The position numbers and the translations under genes were made by a program. 64,000 nt of DNA from positions 71,736,001 through 71,800,000 of the forward strand of contig CM052817.1 of assembly GCA_028534125.1 (NCBI GenBank). The letters run 5' to 3'. Numbering within the stretch: position 1 is the stretch's first letter; every line of letters begins with the position of its first letter. The stretch is from Lama glama. Taxonomy: Eukaryota. Below are positions 29,801 to 44,276 of the stretch, in pieces. Below the pieces are notes generated by a model that saw only the letters and a list, made by a program, of their open reading frames with translations, made no database searches and was not told where the DNA came from.

Positions 29801-32800
29801 TAAGCTCCTTGAAGACACAAACTGTACATCATTCTCCTTGTCCTCTGCTCACCCTACTCCCAACAAGGTGCCGTGTACATCCTAAGACTTACTAAGAGTT
29901 CTAAGTCCTTGCTTAATGAAGGCTTGTCTGCCTGCAGACTGCTGTGCTTCTGGAGGTTGCCTGTATACAGTGATGTCTCTATCTTTTAATACTGGCTACT
30001 ATTTTGGCTATTGTCAGTGCATCTACATTTAGTGGTATACCACCTTTTTGCTTTTAACCTGCTGCTTTCTAACATTTAGAAGACTTGTAGAGTATTGCAT
30101 GCTATCAGATAACCAATGTTGCTAAAACATAATATTTTAAAATAGCAATTTCTAAGCACATAGGGTCGAAAAGAGGGTTTAGGGCTTAGGAGGTGGTATA
30201 GACTATGTGATGACTGTTTTAACTCTTTCAGATTTGAGGATGCATTCTGGATGGTTTAGATAACCAGATTCTAACTATCATATAAATAAGATACTACTAA
30301 AGCTTGATGATAGTTATATTTAAATATTTCATATCAAAATAATGATGAGCAAGTATTTTTGAACTTAATAGCAATGAGAAAGAGAGAGAGGGAGAGACTT
30401 TCTTCATTCTCCTGAGTCTCATGGAATGTTTGGATTTTGACTGGATCATCATGCATTCAGTTTTGCAGATTCAGAAGCTCATTTTGATCAATTCATCCCT
30501 GGTCAACCAAGTCTTGGAAGACTTATTCACACAAACCAAACATCCAAGAATGCTAATTTGTTAATTTACACAAATAAAAACATACTGGCCAAGGTGAATC
30601 AGAATACTCACTTCTGCTACTTAGGTATCTCTTCCAGGAAGAAAGTTTATTTAATAAGGGTAAAGAGAGAGTTAAGGTAGATCAGTTACTTTAGAGATGT
30701 CATCAAGCTGTGATAGCTTTGTATACTGCATTAGCCAGGGGAGTCTGTTCATAGCAGATTCCATTTAGAGGCTATTGGTAGTAGATACAATAAAAGTTTC
30801 TTATTCATGCAACAATCCAATGCAGGTGTTCCTGACCTGCCTTCTCTCCTAGGTAGCTCACCCCCAAATAATGACTTAGAACTCCTGTCTTGTTCCTTCT
30901 TATGGCTTCACCCCGCGCCCCCCCCCCCCACCCGAATCTTGGATTCCTCTGCTGGATCTTTTGCATCTGACCACAAGACAGAGGAGGGACCAGTTCTAGA
31001 AGTGTATATACTATTTCTACCCACATTTTATGTCCAGTTGTCAATCATATGTTGCCACCTAACTGCAAGGGAGGCTAGTAAATATAGTTTAGTTGTGTAC
31101 TCAGGAAGAAAAGGGAACAGTATGGTAAATAACCAACAGGTCTCTCCACATAACACTGTTCTCTATAAGAGTAGACCTATCAAATCATCTGTAACACATG
31201 TACCAGCTCAGCTGGGCACCTGCTTCCCTAGGCAGACTAGGGACACACTGACAGATCTTCACTATCAGCTCAACCACTGCCAATGATAATCCTTCATCAT
31301 AAATCACACTGCATTTCCCCCAGATTCCTGCTTATTATATACTACATATTAACCTTCCACCTTTTTTTTCAGGGAGATTCTCTAGGCCACTTGCTGAGAT
31401 TTAGATAAGACTCGATGATTATTACTAACACAATAATTAACACTTTCTTCATTCACCACTTTTATGCATAAAACTAGCAAGAAACACAAAACAATTTATA
31501 AACAGGTAGAGTACTATGTGGCCACTAAATCTATATCTTCATATATATAAATATAGTGAAATTGCAAGGTGTTTATAATTTCAAATGAAAAGGACTACTA
31601 ACCATTAAAACACTAAGGTTCCACTATATGCTTTGTGTGTTTGTATGTGCATATATATGTAAGATACACACACACACGCACACAGAGAGAAAGATAAAAA
31701 CAGCATCAACTGGTGGCGAGTAATTTTTATATTCTTCACTGTGCTCTTTTTGTATATTCCAAATACATATTTGGAATCATAAAGAGCATACACTACTGTT
31801 ATAAACTGAAAAAAACTTAATAGTACATGGAAATACAGAAAGAAACATACATCCTTACTTCTATGTGCCACCTGGAACAGGCATCAGTATTTTAGTCCTA
31901 CTTACTTCACTGTGTAACTAAACAACCCAACAGCATTTTGTTGTTGACAACTGTTCTGAGAGTAGCATGAACTTGGAAAGTCCGGTAACTACTGACTTCC
32001 TGGATCTCAGCTTCCTTATCTATAAAGTGAGAAAAATCACAGTAACTCTAGACAGGCTTAACTAGGTATATATAAAGCACACTAAAATACTGCAGTATTT
32101 AGATGGATTGCCAGGAACTTCTCAATGTTATTTATATTTGCTTTGCTATTTATAGAACTGAAGGCATATCCCCTTTCATAATAATGGAGATAGCTACCAT
32201 CTGTTGGACACATAACTATGTGACCAACACTTTACCTATGTTATCTTATTTAATCTTCACAACAGCCCTGTGAGGGATTTTTATCCCTATTTCCCTAATG
32301 GTGAACTGCGATACAGAGAGGTCAAGTGATTTGGCCAAGATCACACAGCTAGTAAGTCATAGAGCAAGGATTGTATCCTAGATCTGTCAGACTCAAAAGT
32401 TCATGCTCTTTCTCCTGTAACATATGGCTCCGTACTTAGCAAGAGGCTCTCCTCCTGATACAAACATTCAAAGTGTATGGCTGCCAAAAGATTAGCTTCC
32501 TTTCAACAACTTGTCCATGGGAGAATGACAAAGAAAGATAAATACTACATGAGTGAGGCAAAGGTTTACAATTTGTCAAGAACCTACTCTGAAAGTTCCT
32601 AAAGAAACTTATTGTCTTGTTGAAGAGTTTACTCATATATTATGAAAAACTACTGTGTCCTGGATATCTTCCAAACCTTGTGAACACTTCCAAAATTTAA
32701 ATCATCTTTCCTCCCAAACTGAATCATCTTCCTCTATTCTGCAATGGCAACACCATTACTCATCCAATCATGCAAGCTATGTTCCCCTCCTCTAACTGTT

Positions 32801-35800
32801 CACATCAAGTCAGAAAAAGGATGGTGTTGATTTTACTGGTGATGTGTCTCTTGAATATATCACTTTCTTTCTATTTTCATCATTTCCACATTAGTGTAAA
32901 TCCTCATTCTCTCTTGCCCTAGATTATTACAGCACTCTCTACAATCTCCTAATATATCCCCCACACCACCATCAAAATTATCTTTCTAGAAACAGGCTTG
33001 AGAATAGTATTTCTCTGCTTAAAAATCTCCTCTATTTCTACCATCTCTCAGAAGATAGACTTCTTTTTTTTTTATTGAAGTATAGTCAGTTTACAATGTT
33101 GTGTCAATTTCTAGTGTACAGCACAATAGTTTAGTCATACATATACATACATATTTTTGTTTTCATATCTTTCCATTATAGGTTACTACAAGATAGTGAA
33201 TATAGTTCCCTGTGCTGTGCAGCATAAACTTGATGCTTATCTATTTTATATATAGCAGTTAGTATCTGTAAATCTTGAACTCCCAATTTATCCCTTTCCA
33301 TCCCTTTTCCCCTCCACCATGTTTGTTTTCTATGTCTGTGAGTCTGTTTCTGTTTTGCAAATGAGTTCATTTGTCTTTTTTTGATTCCACATATAAGTGA
33401 TATCATATGATATTTTTATTTCTTTCTGGCTTACTTCACTTAGAATGACAATCTCCAGGTCCATCCATGCTGCAAATGGCATTATTTTATTATTTTTTAT
33501 GGCTGAGTAGTATTCCATTGTATAAATATACCACAACTTCTTTATCCAGTCATCTGTAGATGGACATTTAGATTGTTTCCATGTGTTGGCTATCACAAAT
33601 AGTGCTGTTATGAACACTGGGATGCATGTATCTTTTTGAATTAAAGTTCCCTTTGCCCAGGAGTGGGATTGCTGGATCATATGGTAAGTCTATTTTTAGT
33701 TTTTTGAGGAATCTCCATACTGTTTTCCACAACAGCTGCACTAAACTACATCCCCACCAGCAGTGTAGGAGGGTTCCCTTTTCTCTACCCTCTCCAGCAT
33801 TTATTGTTTGCAGACTTTTGAATGATAGTCATTCTGACTGGTATGAGGTGATAATTCATTGTAGTTTTGATTTGCATTTCTCTGATAATTAGTGATGTTG
33901 AGCACTTTTTCATGTGCCTATAGAAGATGGACTTCTTAACACAGCATGTGGCTCTTCACACTGAAGCTCCATTTTTACTTCCAGCCTCATCTCCTATTTT
34001 CCAATATCACATCCCACACTGTCATTACATTAAACTATTTGGAATTATTTTAATATACTAAGTTTTCCCATACCATTATTCAAATTGTACATTGTCCATG
34101 CAAACAAAAGAGTATATGAGTTAAAAAGTACAGGAGTAATGCCAACAAATACTGGTCATATCAGAGAATAGCTGTTATTTTAAGTGAGTAGCTTTTACTT
34201 AAAACATAAGTCTTTGTTCCTTTAATGATGAGCTTCCAAAATCTATGTACTAGAGTCCTATGTACATTCTGAATGCCTCTTTAGAAAGAAAGCTAATTTG
34301 GTAAATCCACTGATGAAAAAAACATTGATGCAATCAGTTGAAATAAGGAAGTAAAAGACTTTACAAAGATAAATTTGGGAGAACAAGGATGAAATGGACT
34401 ACAAAATCAAGAATGTTGTGTTTGGATTTTAGTTCTATTGCAAGCCTTCTTGACATTTTAAAAGGGTTACTGACTCTCAAATCATTGTTCTGCTTAGCAA
34501 TCGCCATTTCCGTCAATTTGAATGTTGATTTTAATAAACAAAGTATTCTTTTAAATGTTTACATTTTTATCCCATCCCTAGGCTGCCCCAGTGAACATTC
34601 TTTGTGTAATTAATCCATCATGATTAAGAATATATGGATTAACCCCAGAAGGCACGGACTTCTCTGTATTTAAGCATTGTTTTCTTTTATTTATTGAAGG
34701 CCTGACAAGCACAGAATTATTTCATCCATAGGACAAGCTTCTGCCAGTAAGAAGTATAAGTCACAAATTAAAGGACACTTATTTACATTACTTATTGCTT
34801 TCTCAGTGACATGTTAAAGTTAGGCAACTAAATAAGAATTAGGCTTTGGAGCTTTGGATCCAAATCAAACTTGACTCCTTGAGCTAATATTTCTTTTCTA
34901 TTCTTTCTTTTCTTACCCTCTGGGTCTAATTTCTCTGTGCTTACAGTATGTGTAAACATGTTTCTCATTAGTGTTTATTTACTACCACAGGAATCGCTTT
35001 GAACTCTCCTAATCCTAGTGGAAATGCTTTTCTCAAAATAAACCCAGATCATATTGGGTTTTATCGTGTAAATTATGAAGTACCAACTTGGGAACGGATA
35101 GCTATCAATCTTTCCATCAACCACCAGGTAAGAGTAGCAATGGTTGTGAATTGTTTTATTTTTGTTTTAGGAACAGAATCTTAATGATATTAATTTTCAA
35201 CACGTTTTGTTTCTTATCTCTTTTTCTCCCTCTTTCCAGGACTTTTCTTCTGCTGATCGTGCAGGTCTTATTGATGATGCTTTTGCCTTGGCAAGGTGGG
35301 TTTTGGAATGAGATTAGGTCTTTTAAAATACTGTGGATTTTGTAATAAGTTGTTTTTTAAAATGAGTTACAACAAAGTTTAACTATTATAGTTTGAAATA
35401 GCCAAAGCCGCAATTTATGACATTATTCTTTCCATTAACTTTCTTAAAACTAATATGAGCCTCATAGCTAAAACACTGATACCAGTTCTTAACATGCACA
35501 AAAACTCACCTACCCTAGGGACTGACTTTAAGTAGGGTTTGTCTAATCAGTCCTTGAACTAATTAAGAGTGGCACTTGCAAATGCTCAAAAGTACACCTT
35601 CATAATTTGATTTAATAAAAAAAACTATATGTTTCATAAACTCAGTTCTGTGAATCCAAGCCCATTCTAAGATTTTATAGCTAGAGTTGTCAAATCTGGT
35701 TCAGGTCATTGGGGTAAGAAAAATGAGACATGGCATTCTAGGACTGATCAAGAATTAAGGTACCCTTTAGGAAATTTGGCTTCTTTCCTCATGGCCTGAA

Positions 35801-38800
35801 GGTAACCTACACTTAGGAAAAACAAAAACAAAAAAAAATATAACCTGCACTTTGAAAAAATAATCAACACAGATTGGGGTAACATAAGAGTAGTAACCAT
35901 AGGCCTTTGAGTTTCCCTTTTTTGTCCTAGTAGTCTAACGCCAGTAATTCAACAGGTATTTTCTGAATTTCTGGCACTTTTGTAGGAGCTAAGGACACAG
36001 CTGACTTGCTCTGCTGGCTTTGTAGTGGCCTCACGCTAGACACAAGTAAAGTACTAAGAATGAGATGCTTCTTCCTCAGGAAGCCTCATGGCCCCTCTGT
36101 CTGGGTTAGGTGTCCCTTTTATGAACCCCAGTATTTTTCATAAACACCATATTGTCATTGCTTATTAACTATGCATCTCACCCACCAAACTGTAAAGTTT
36201 GTGAGGGCAGACACCCAGATCGTGTTCCTATTCCCTGTATCCCCAGCTCCTAACTGTGCTTGGCCCCCAGTAGATGCTCACTAAACATGAGCTGAATACA
36301 TGGCTGGAGGGATGGTTTAACAGCACTAGTGGCATGGGAGAACTCTTTTACAAAGACTCCCTGTATACTATACGGGAAGTCAGAAAACCTTTGTGACATT
36401 TTTTTAAGTAGAGAATTTATAGGGTTAAAAGATAGGCTCCTGAACCAGATTAAAATCCTGGTTCTGTATAACCTTGAGAAAGTGTCTTAACCTCTCTCTG
36501 CTTCGATTTCCTTATTAGGAAAATGGAGATGAACTTATAAGACTCTAGTGAGGAACAACTGAGACAATGCACATAGAGGACCCAAAACATTGTCTGGCAT
36601 TAGGAAGTGCTCAATAGATTGTATTAATTGTCCAGAATGCATCCACCATTGATTAGTAGCAGCAAAGAACCATTTAGAAAAGCTCTTCGGAGTTTGTAAT
36701 CGGAGTTTGTAATCTAGATTGCCTTTGTAGGTAATAGACAACCTGATTCTTTTTAGTGAATCTCCAAATTTAATCTCCTGCATATATAACAGATTTTATT
36801 TCATTATATTAGTTTATCAATCATTCACTTAAGAAATATTTACTGAGCACCTACTCTGTACCTGGAACTGTGTAGATAAGGGAAATTAAGTGGTAAAATA
36901 AGACGATCAATAATTTTAAAACATAAAAGGACCATTTAGATTTCGGGGCAGGGGGTGGGAAAGTCTCCTGTGAATGCATCATGACCTTTTCCAAAGATTA
37001 GCATCTTGGATGTTAGAAATTACACAGAGCTGTAATATTTTTATAGTTTATTTCCATCAAAACACAATGGCAGACAGTTCTTTTGCCTTAAGAAGTGAAA
37101 ACCTCTTGAAAAGCTTTCTCTGAGGAACTGTGTATACAGCAGATAACTCACACAATTTAATGACTTGCTCGCATTTGCTCAGCCCATTGGTCATAGACTT
37201 ATAAAATTTTGAAGAGCTTCAGAAAGGAAGAAAATGCAACAAATCTGAAAACCAAAGCACATGTAACATCACACAGCAACCAATCCAGAAAATACCTGAG
37301 CTGTCACCTGCAGTATCACCTGAGCTATTAAGTTATCACCCAGTTTCCTTCAGCAACTTCATAAGTTGGGGGAAAGGGACTCAGAGAGAAACAGACCTCA
37401 CCTGTGTTAGTCGGGGGGAAAACAAAGCAGAAATGTAGTTAGATAGGTAAGTGCCTGTGGTTGAATCAGAATTTACACAGTTCTACTCTGTTATTCAAAA
37501 AAAAATGTAACTATTATGTTTCATCAGCAAGACTAAAAGGACAGATCCAAAAATATATTCTTGATTCCCCTGCCCCCAAACTTGAGGAGATGGTAGTCTT
37601 ACTTCCTGGGATGGAGTATCCAGCTGGGCACATTTGTTGAAGATAAGGAGTAAAAATTCATCAGTCATTTTGAGTCCCCCAGGTAGTCTCAGTTCAATTA
37701 TATGCCCTCCCTGGTAGAACCCTCAAAGTTTACAACTTCCTTTAAAGTTCCTCCCAGCCCCTGGCTCAGGCTAGTTTCAGGCCAGCCACCTGCAAGGGGA
37801 GCAAAGTGCTTGATTTCCTTTCCCTTTTGCTGTGTGGAACTTGTACTTCTTGCTGTGCTGCCTCTGATTCCTCCAGAGTGTTAAGGCCAGGAGGGCAGGT
37901 GAGGGGAAGAAAGATACTGACATGCTGTCTACTTTTGGCCCTCTCTGAACTTTGTAGATGTTTAGCACGGATTCTTTTCCTTGTGAGATGCTTTCACGGT
38001 TTATGGGCCATCACCCATTCCATTGCCAAGGATCTTTCTCCTGCAGTCTCTTTGAAGCAAGGAAGTGAAAACCTTTGAACCATATCTGGTCCATAGGAAG
38101 TACTCATATATTCTTTCCCTGACAAAGTCTGGAAGGATGGACCACCTCACGCAGTCCTGTCTGTTTATTCTGAGGTCAGGGCAGTAGCCAGCCATAGTCT
38201 TTCATCCTTTAGATTTCTTGGGGTATCAGACGCCAGACCATTGTGCCCCCAAGCTCCAGGATACAGCACAGACAAAACTCTTCAAGCGGTCCCATTAAAG
38301 CCCCCTTTCTAGGCTTGATGTGAAAGAAAAAGCATCCTACGCCCTGCCACCCCCTGTCCCACGAGAGGAGAGCAGTCACAGTACCCTGACAGTGGTCTCC
38401 AGAAGCCCTCTTCTAAAATGTCTTCCTCTCCCCCTCAGCCTCTCCAATCTCTTTAATAGGCTGGTGGTGGGTTATCAGCCAGGGGCCACAAACTCTTGTT
38501 CCTGACCATGTTAGTCCTGATTTGGTTAGAGGGCCTGCACTTTGAGATGTTTGCCAAGGGGCCTGGTTTGGGGGTCTTGCCAGAACTAAGACTGAAAAAA
38601 ACCTTTTTTGTTCACCTTTTCACCTTTTTTTCTCCTTTTCAATAGCTTATATTGTGCTCTGCAGCCCACTGTGTGCCAAAGCCAGGAGAAGGGTGAGGAA
38701 TAACATAAAGGAAAGCAGAGAGTGCTGGCTAGCAAGCCTATGGATAGGGGCAGGAGTCTCTGATGAGGGGGGAATGGCAGAGAGGATGGCTTAAAAGGTC

Positions 38801-41800
38801 ACCTATGCTAACTGTCCAAACAGACCATCGGCAAGGCTTCAAGGAGCAGTAGCTCCAGTGATACCCAAGGTGAGGGCCAGGGCTGGAATAAAGAGCAGCA
38901 AGTGAACATCAGCCACACCACGATCATAGACCTCTAGGCACACCAGATTTACCATTTTACAGGTGTTTATGGATCTGACCAGAGCACAATGCAGAACTGG
39001 ATAAGCAACTTTTCCTATCCCCTCGTGGACTGCCTTTTAAAAGAAGGGAGAAGTAGGGGAAGGGGAAAAGACTCCAAAATGGATCTAGTTCACTGCAAGA
39101 AGACTGTTTTAAGGCAGAAATCTGAATTTAATTAGCAACTTAACATCAAGAAACCAGACACAAGGGAACTTTTCAACACTCTCCACACCACCTGAAGGCT
39201 TTGCTGAAGAACGTGAGACCATGGGGTCAGTTCCATCCACCTAGCCGCCTCTCTCAACCATTTCTAATGTCCCATTCAAAAGCCATGTTTGATAAGACAA
39301 TATGCTTAACTCAGACTTCTTTGATAAGGACTGTGCAGTCTTTCCAGGTCACACCCAGGAAAACAAAAATAACCCTTTTGCTTTAAGATGTGCTAACTTT
39401 CTGGATGCCTCAGCTCAAGATAGGGGAGCAAGAATTCCCACATAGGACCTCTTTTGTTTTCTTCTTCATAGAGTTTCGTGGGAACTTGCTTTAAGTTATA
39501 GCCTCCATCCTCTCTACACTATGGATTAGAGGACAATTCTAGGATTTAAGTCCCTCCAGCTGGACTGTTACTATAAATGGAAGATTTCTGAATAAGGAAA
39601 ATTCTCAACCAAGCCTCGCTTTCAGAGCAGATATTTGTCTATGGACTTAACAAATGGAGTTCGGGACTCAAAGCTGAGAAAGAATACTGTCTTAGGTTGA
39701 GTTCCACCTAAGCAGAGTCCAAAATGGAGGTTGCTGTATGTGTAGTTTGTTGAGAGAGTACTCTCATGAGACAGGGAGTGCGAGAATCAGGATGGGACAT
39801 GGAACAGAAAGAAAAAGCTGAGCAACAACATGGTCTCAGCTGGAGCCCAGCATTGCCAGATTCCACTAGGAAGCCATCCACGGAACTTGAGGGAAGTAGG
39901 CTAGCTATCGCGTTCCTTAATCAGACAACTAACGGCCAGGGGTGGAGGTTGCATAACCTTTTAAGCAAGATGGATGTATTTGGTCAAGGGCTACTCTCTG
40001 AAGAAGGCGCAGCTGTGAGCCAACACACCATGGCAAGGGGATCTGGGAAGGGCACTATAGATGTCTTTGTTCTGCTTAGTAACTTGAGAGAAATGCAAAT
40101 TCTTAGGTCTTATTCCAGATCTGCTGAAACGGAATCTCTAAGGATGGGGTCCAAGGTTATGTGATTAACAGACTTTCCAGGTGTTGCTGATTTATGCTCA
40201 AACTTGAGAATCATGATTCTAAACGATACTGCTCTTCCTCAGAAGTGTCCAGTACCACTGAACAGTAGGTTGGGGCTACAGAGTAACACTATTTGTGGGA
40301 AATGAAAAGTGCATCCACTTAATTCTCAAAATATTGTCTCTATAATAACCAGCAAAAATTCACTCCCAGTCCAGTATTCTGATCATGTGACTCAGACTTA
40401 AAGAAAACAAGTGGTACCAAAGTGGAACGATTACATAACCATCAAGTGTGTTGGAAAAAGAAGGGTAGGATACTGATCTTTCAACAGTTAAATACATCAG
40501 GTACCCTAACCTTTGGACCACTGGATTACTTCCTTACTTCTACTTATGCTACCTCACTTAGCCAATTCTTTGTCCCTTATAACCAATACCTGTTCCTTCT
40601 AACCTTTTCACCTACCATAAATGTGCAGCCCACTTGGGTTCTGACCAAATTATCTGTCATTCTTTCTAAACTTTCATTAGCCTCTTCACTAATGTGATCT
40701 TCAGAGCAACAGCTATTCTTCATAAGTATCCTAAGAAAACACTGACTGGACATAGTTGCTGCTCTATCCATCCAGGAAAATAGAGAATCATTAAAATTAG
40801 AAAATTCTCAAGTTTCAAATGCCAGCACAAAATTCTATAATTTTTTACTCAACAAGCCCTCTGAATAAGACACTACATTTCTCAGTATATTATTTATATT
40901 CTTATTAAGGGAGGCCGAATGCTCCAAAATAGAAATCCTTCTAAATAAGATCAGGAATTGAGAAAATAGAAGAAATCAGCTCTCTGAACTAAAACAAACT
41001 CTGTATCATGTCACATTAGTACAAATCATATGATGCCAAAGGTGTTTATTCTTATTTCTGTCTCCAATACCAGTTCATCCTCTAATCAATTGCTGGGAGA
41101 GAAGTCAAGAAATAATTACATCATTCTTCATTCACAAAATGACTTCAAACAGAACAGCACTCAATGCATCAGTATTGCTAGTTCAGTGACTTAAAAGTCT
41201 TACTTTATTTCAAACTTTCAAAATGTAATTTGGAAAGACAAGATTCCCATCTAAGATTCTTTCCGAAACCTCGGCTCAATTCTGAGGAATAGCAGATTTT
41301 TCTGAGAACATCATTTCAAAAGGTTCTAGAATCTTTTCTAAGGAAGAAGAAATTGGATTCTTTAAACTTTGAAGTGTTAGTAGTAACTTCACATTTATTG
41401 AGGAACAAAATTCATTTTTATTTATCAATATTACTGGGAAATGTATAAAAAAGATGTTTTCATGGGAAACACAAGTTCAATTGGAATGTTTTAATCATTC
41501 ATGAAAACTTTATATTTCTTATTCATATCAAATGTAAAAAAATCAGTAAGATACACTTATAATGGTGCATTTGTATATTATAATGAGCTTGTGAACCTAA
41601 AATTTAAGTTTCTACTTGTCAATACTAATCATACAGCTAAATGGCTTTTGTTTTATCTGAAATTTTGCTTTAGCAGTTTTTCAAATGCACACCTTAATGT
41701 TCTGTCTTCCCTTTTACTACTGAATGTACAACAGCACTAATACATCATTGTGAACAGACTTCTTTGATTGGGCCTCAGCAGTAATGCATTTTCTTAATTG

Positions 41801-44237
41801 TTTAATAGGAGGATTCTCATTAACACTGAAGTCTACAATCCCTATATTACTACTTACAGTCAAAGGAAACTAGTCTATGGTTTTTAATTAACTGTGGGCT
41901 TTTTTTTTAATTTCTTAGAGCTCAACTTCTAAATTATAAGGAGGCTCTGAACTTGACCAAGTATCTCAAAATGGAAAAAGACTTTTTACCATGGGAGCGA
42001 GTCATTTCAGCTGTAACCTATATCATTAGCATGTTCGAAGATGATACAGAGATATACCCTATGATTGAGGTACGGTTAATGCCATATCTTATGAAAGTAG
42101 ATGTTTAGCCATTAGCAGGAAAGATTTCTAAAAGGGAGCTCCTGGGAGATACAAAAGCATATCTTGCCTTCCAAGTGAATTAAAAGGAAATTACAATGAC
42201 TTGACTAATTAAACCAAAGAAATGCTATTCTTTTTCAACTTGAAATGTATCAGTATTTCTGGTTCAATACACCACTTCAAGGTGTATTTTAGTGTTCAAA
42301 AGAATACAATTAACTCATATTTTACTTAAAAAAGATAACATTTTACACCACAGATATGAACTAGATCCTATTTTAAATTGATTTATCTGTTAAAATGAAT
42401 TTATTCTTATCAAAATGTAACACCATTTTTCTGTATTTTTACTGCTGTTAATTGTACATTGAGATTTTATTATAAGATAGTCATCCTAAATATTTTTCTT
42501 GGCTTTGTGACTTCTGAAGCACTTTGGCAGGACATTTGTAATTTTAAACAAATCCTGGATTCCAATATCTAGTTCTTCCACTTTCTTTACAAAAGAATTT
42601 GGGACAAATTTGTACAATAAGAACATCAGCACTTGGCTGCCTATGGTAATGTGATAGTGAGGATCATATAATATAAGTGTCCTCTGTAAGTCCTAAGGCA
42701 ATATACAAATGTTAGTATTATTTCATCAATACCTGAGCAATCTTCCTTAGTGCAGCAAGTATGTCAGATGTTTTCTATTTATTACAAATGTTAACTAAGA
42801 AGTGGCGGTTAGAAGGGGCTTACCCAAAGCTCTATAAACCATTAGACAGTGATCCAGGATGTTTTTATCTTTAGAAATAAAGTAAAATTGCAATGTGATA
42901 AGAACTGAATGCACCCCTTGCCCAAGGACAGGCCCAAAGTTCTCTAAACGTGTAGGGGAAAAGATTACAACAGTGAGCTATAGATGATAATAAACAGGAT
43001 ACTTAATAAATAGTATATTATTACTTATTGTGCATGGTGCTTTTATTTCAGAAATACTTCCGAGATCAAGTGAAGCCCACTGCAGATTCTCTGGGATGGG
43101 ATGACACTGGAGACCATATCACAAAGTTATTTTTTACCTTTTTAAAATTAATATTCATTTAGTGCTTGTGTTAAAACATGTTGAAAAGTGCTTAAGGCCC
43201 CAGCTCTCTGTTTGTTCTCTTAGGTTACTCCGTGCCTCTGTGTTAGGGCTTGCATGCAAGATGGGAGACAGTGATGCCTTGAACAATGCTTCCCAGTTAT
43301 TTCAGAAGTGGCTAACTGGGACTTTAAGGTGACTGTTCATCATTTTTTCATTTTTAGAAGACTTTAAACTGAGAAATGAGGAGTTAAAATCTCTGAAACA
43401 CCACTTCTTCTTCTAGTCTTCCTGTAAACCTCAGGCTTCTGGTATATCGGTATGGAATGCAGAACTCTGGCAATGAGACTTCATGGAACTACACTCTTGA
43501 GCAATACGAGAAAACTTCATTAGCTCAAGAAAAAGAAAAGCTACTTTATGGACTAGCATCTGTGAAGAATGTTACTCTTTTGTCAAGGTAAGTTGGAGCT
43601 TTTAAAAAAATTACATGAATGGTATTTGATTATAGGTCTCAGTCTCTTTAAGATGCTAAGTAAAGTATGGTATGTTTCCAAGAAAATCTATTTTAAAATT
43701 ATTTTCCTAGCAAGAAACAAAATATCCATGTAAGAGTGGCTTAAACAATAAAGACATATAATTGCAAATGAAAAAAATTCTGGAAGTAGGTAGTTTCCAG
43801 TTGTGCACATTGGTTCACATTTTCTTCTAGGACCTAGGCTCTCTCTCTTTCTTTTCTGCCATCCTCAACATGCTTGGATGTCTTAGGACTCCCAGAGCTC
43901 CAAACATCTTGTCTTCACATAAATATGTTCAATGGAAGGACTGGAGCAAAAGAGTTCCTCCTCATAAGGTTCTGCCTTTCATGCTAAGAGGTCAGTTATC
44001 TCCACTTCCTCTCATAATCCAGAACTGGGTCACCCTGGATCATTCTGGGTTATAGTCTGGGTTGACCACTTGATCATTTGCCAACTAGGGTGAACTTGAA
44101 TTCCTTTGACTGATTTGAGCCAATCGTGATACTCTGAGGCTGGAGTAAGAATCTCCCTTCCCTAGGATCAAGAATACCTTGATCCAAGCCCAGAACAAAA
44201 CTGGTCTCTGTCAGCAGAGGAGTATCTGTTACAACAT

Positions 44238-44276
<39 letters not shown>

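Noticed and set aside
30807..31286. 159-aa ORF
   Set aside because: Overlaps an MLT1 LTR; no protein-family signal.
41911..41922. Alternative acceptor tagAG at exon 14
   Set aside because: A 2-nt shift, not NAGNAG; it would frameshift, and the first AG gives the correct frame.
43126..43223. U12-type intron as explanation for the odd donor
   Set aside because: Donor is not RTATCCTT and no clear TCCTTAAC branch site is present.
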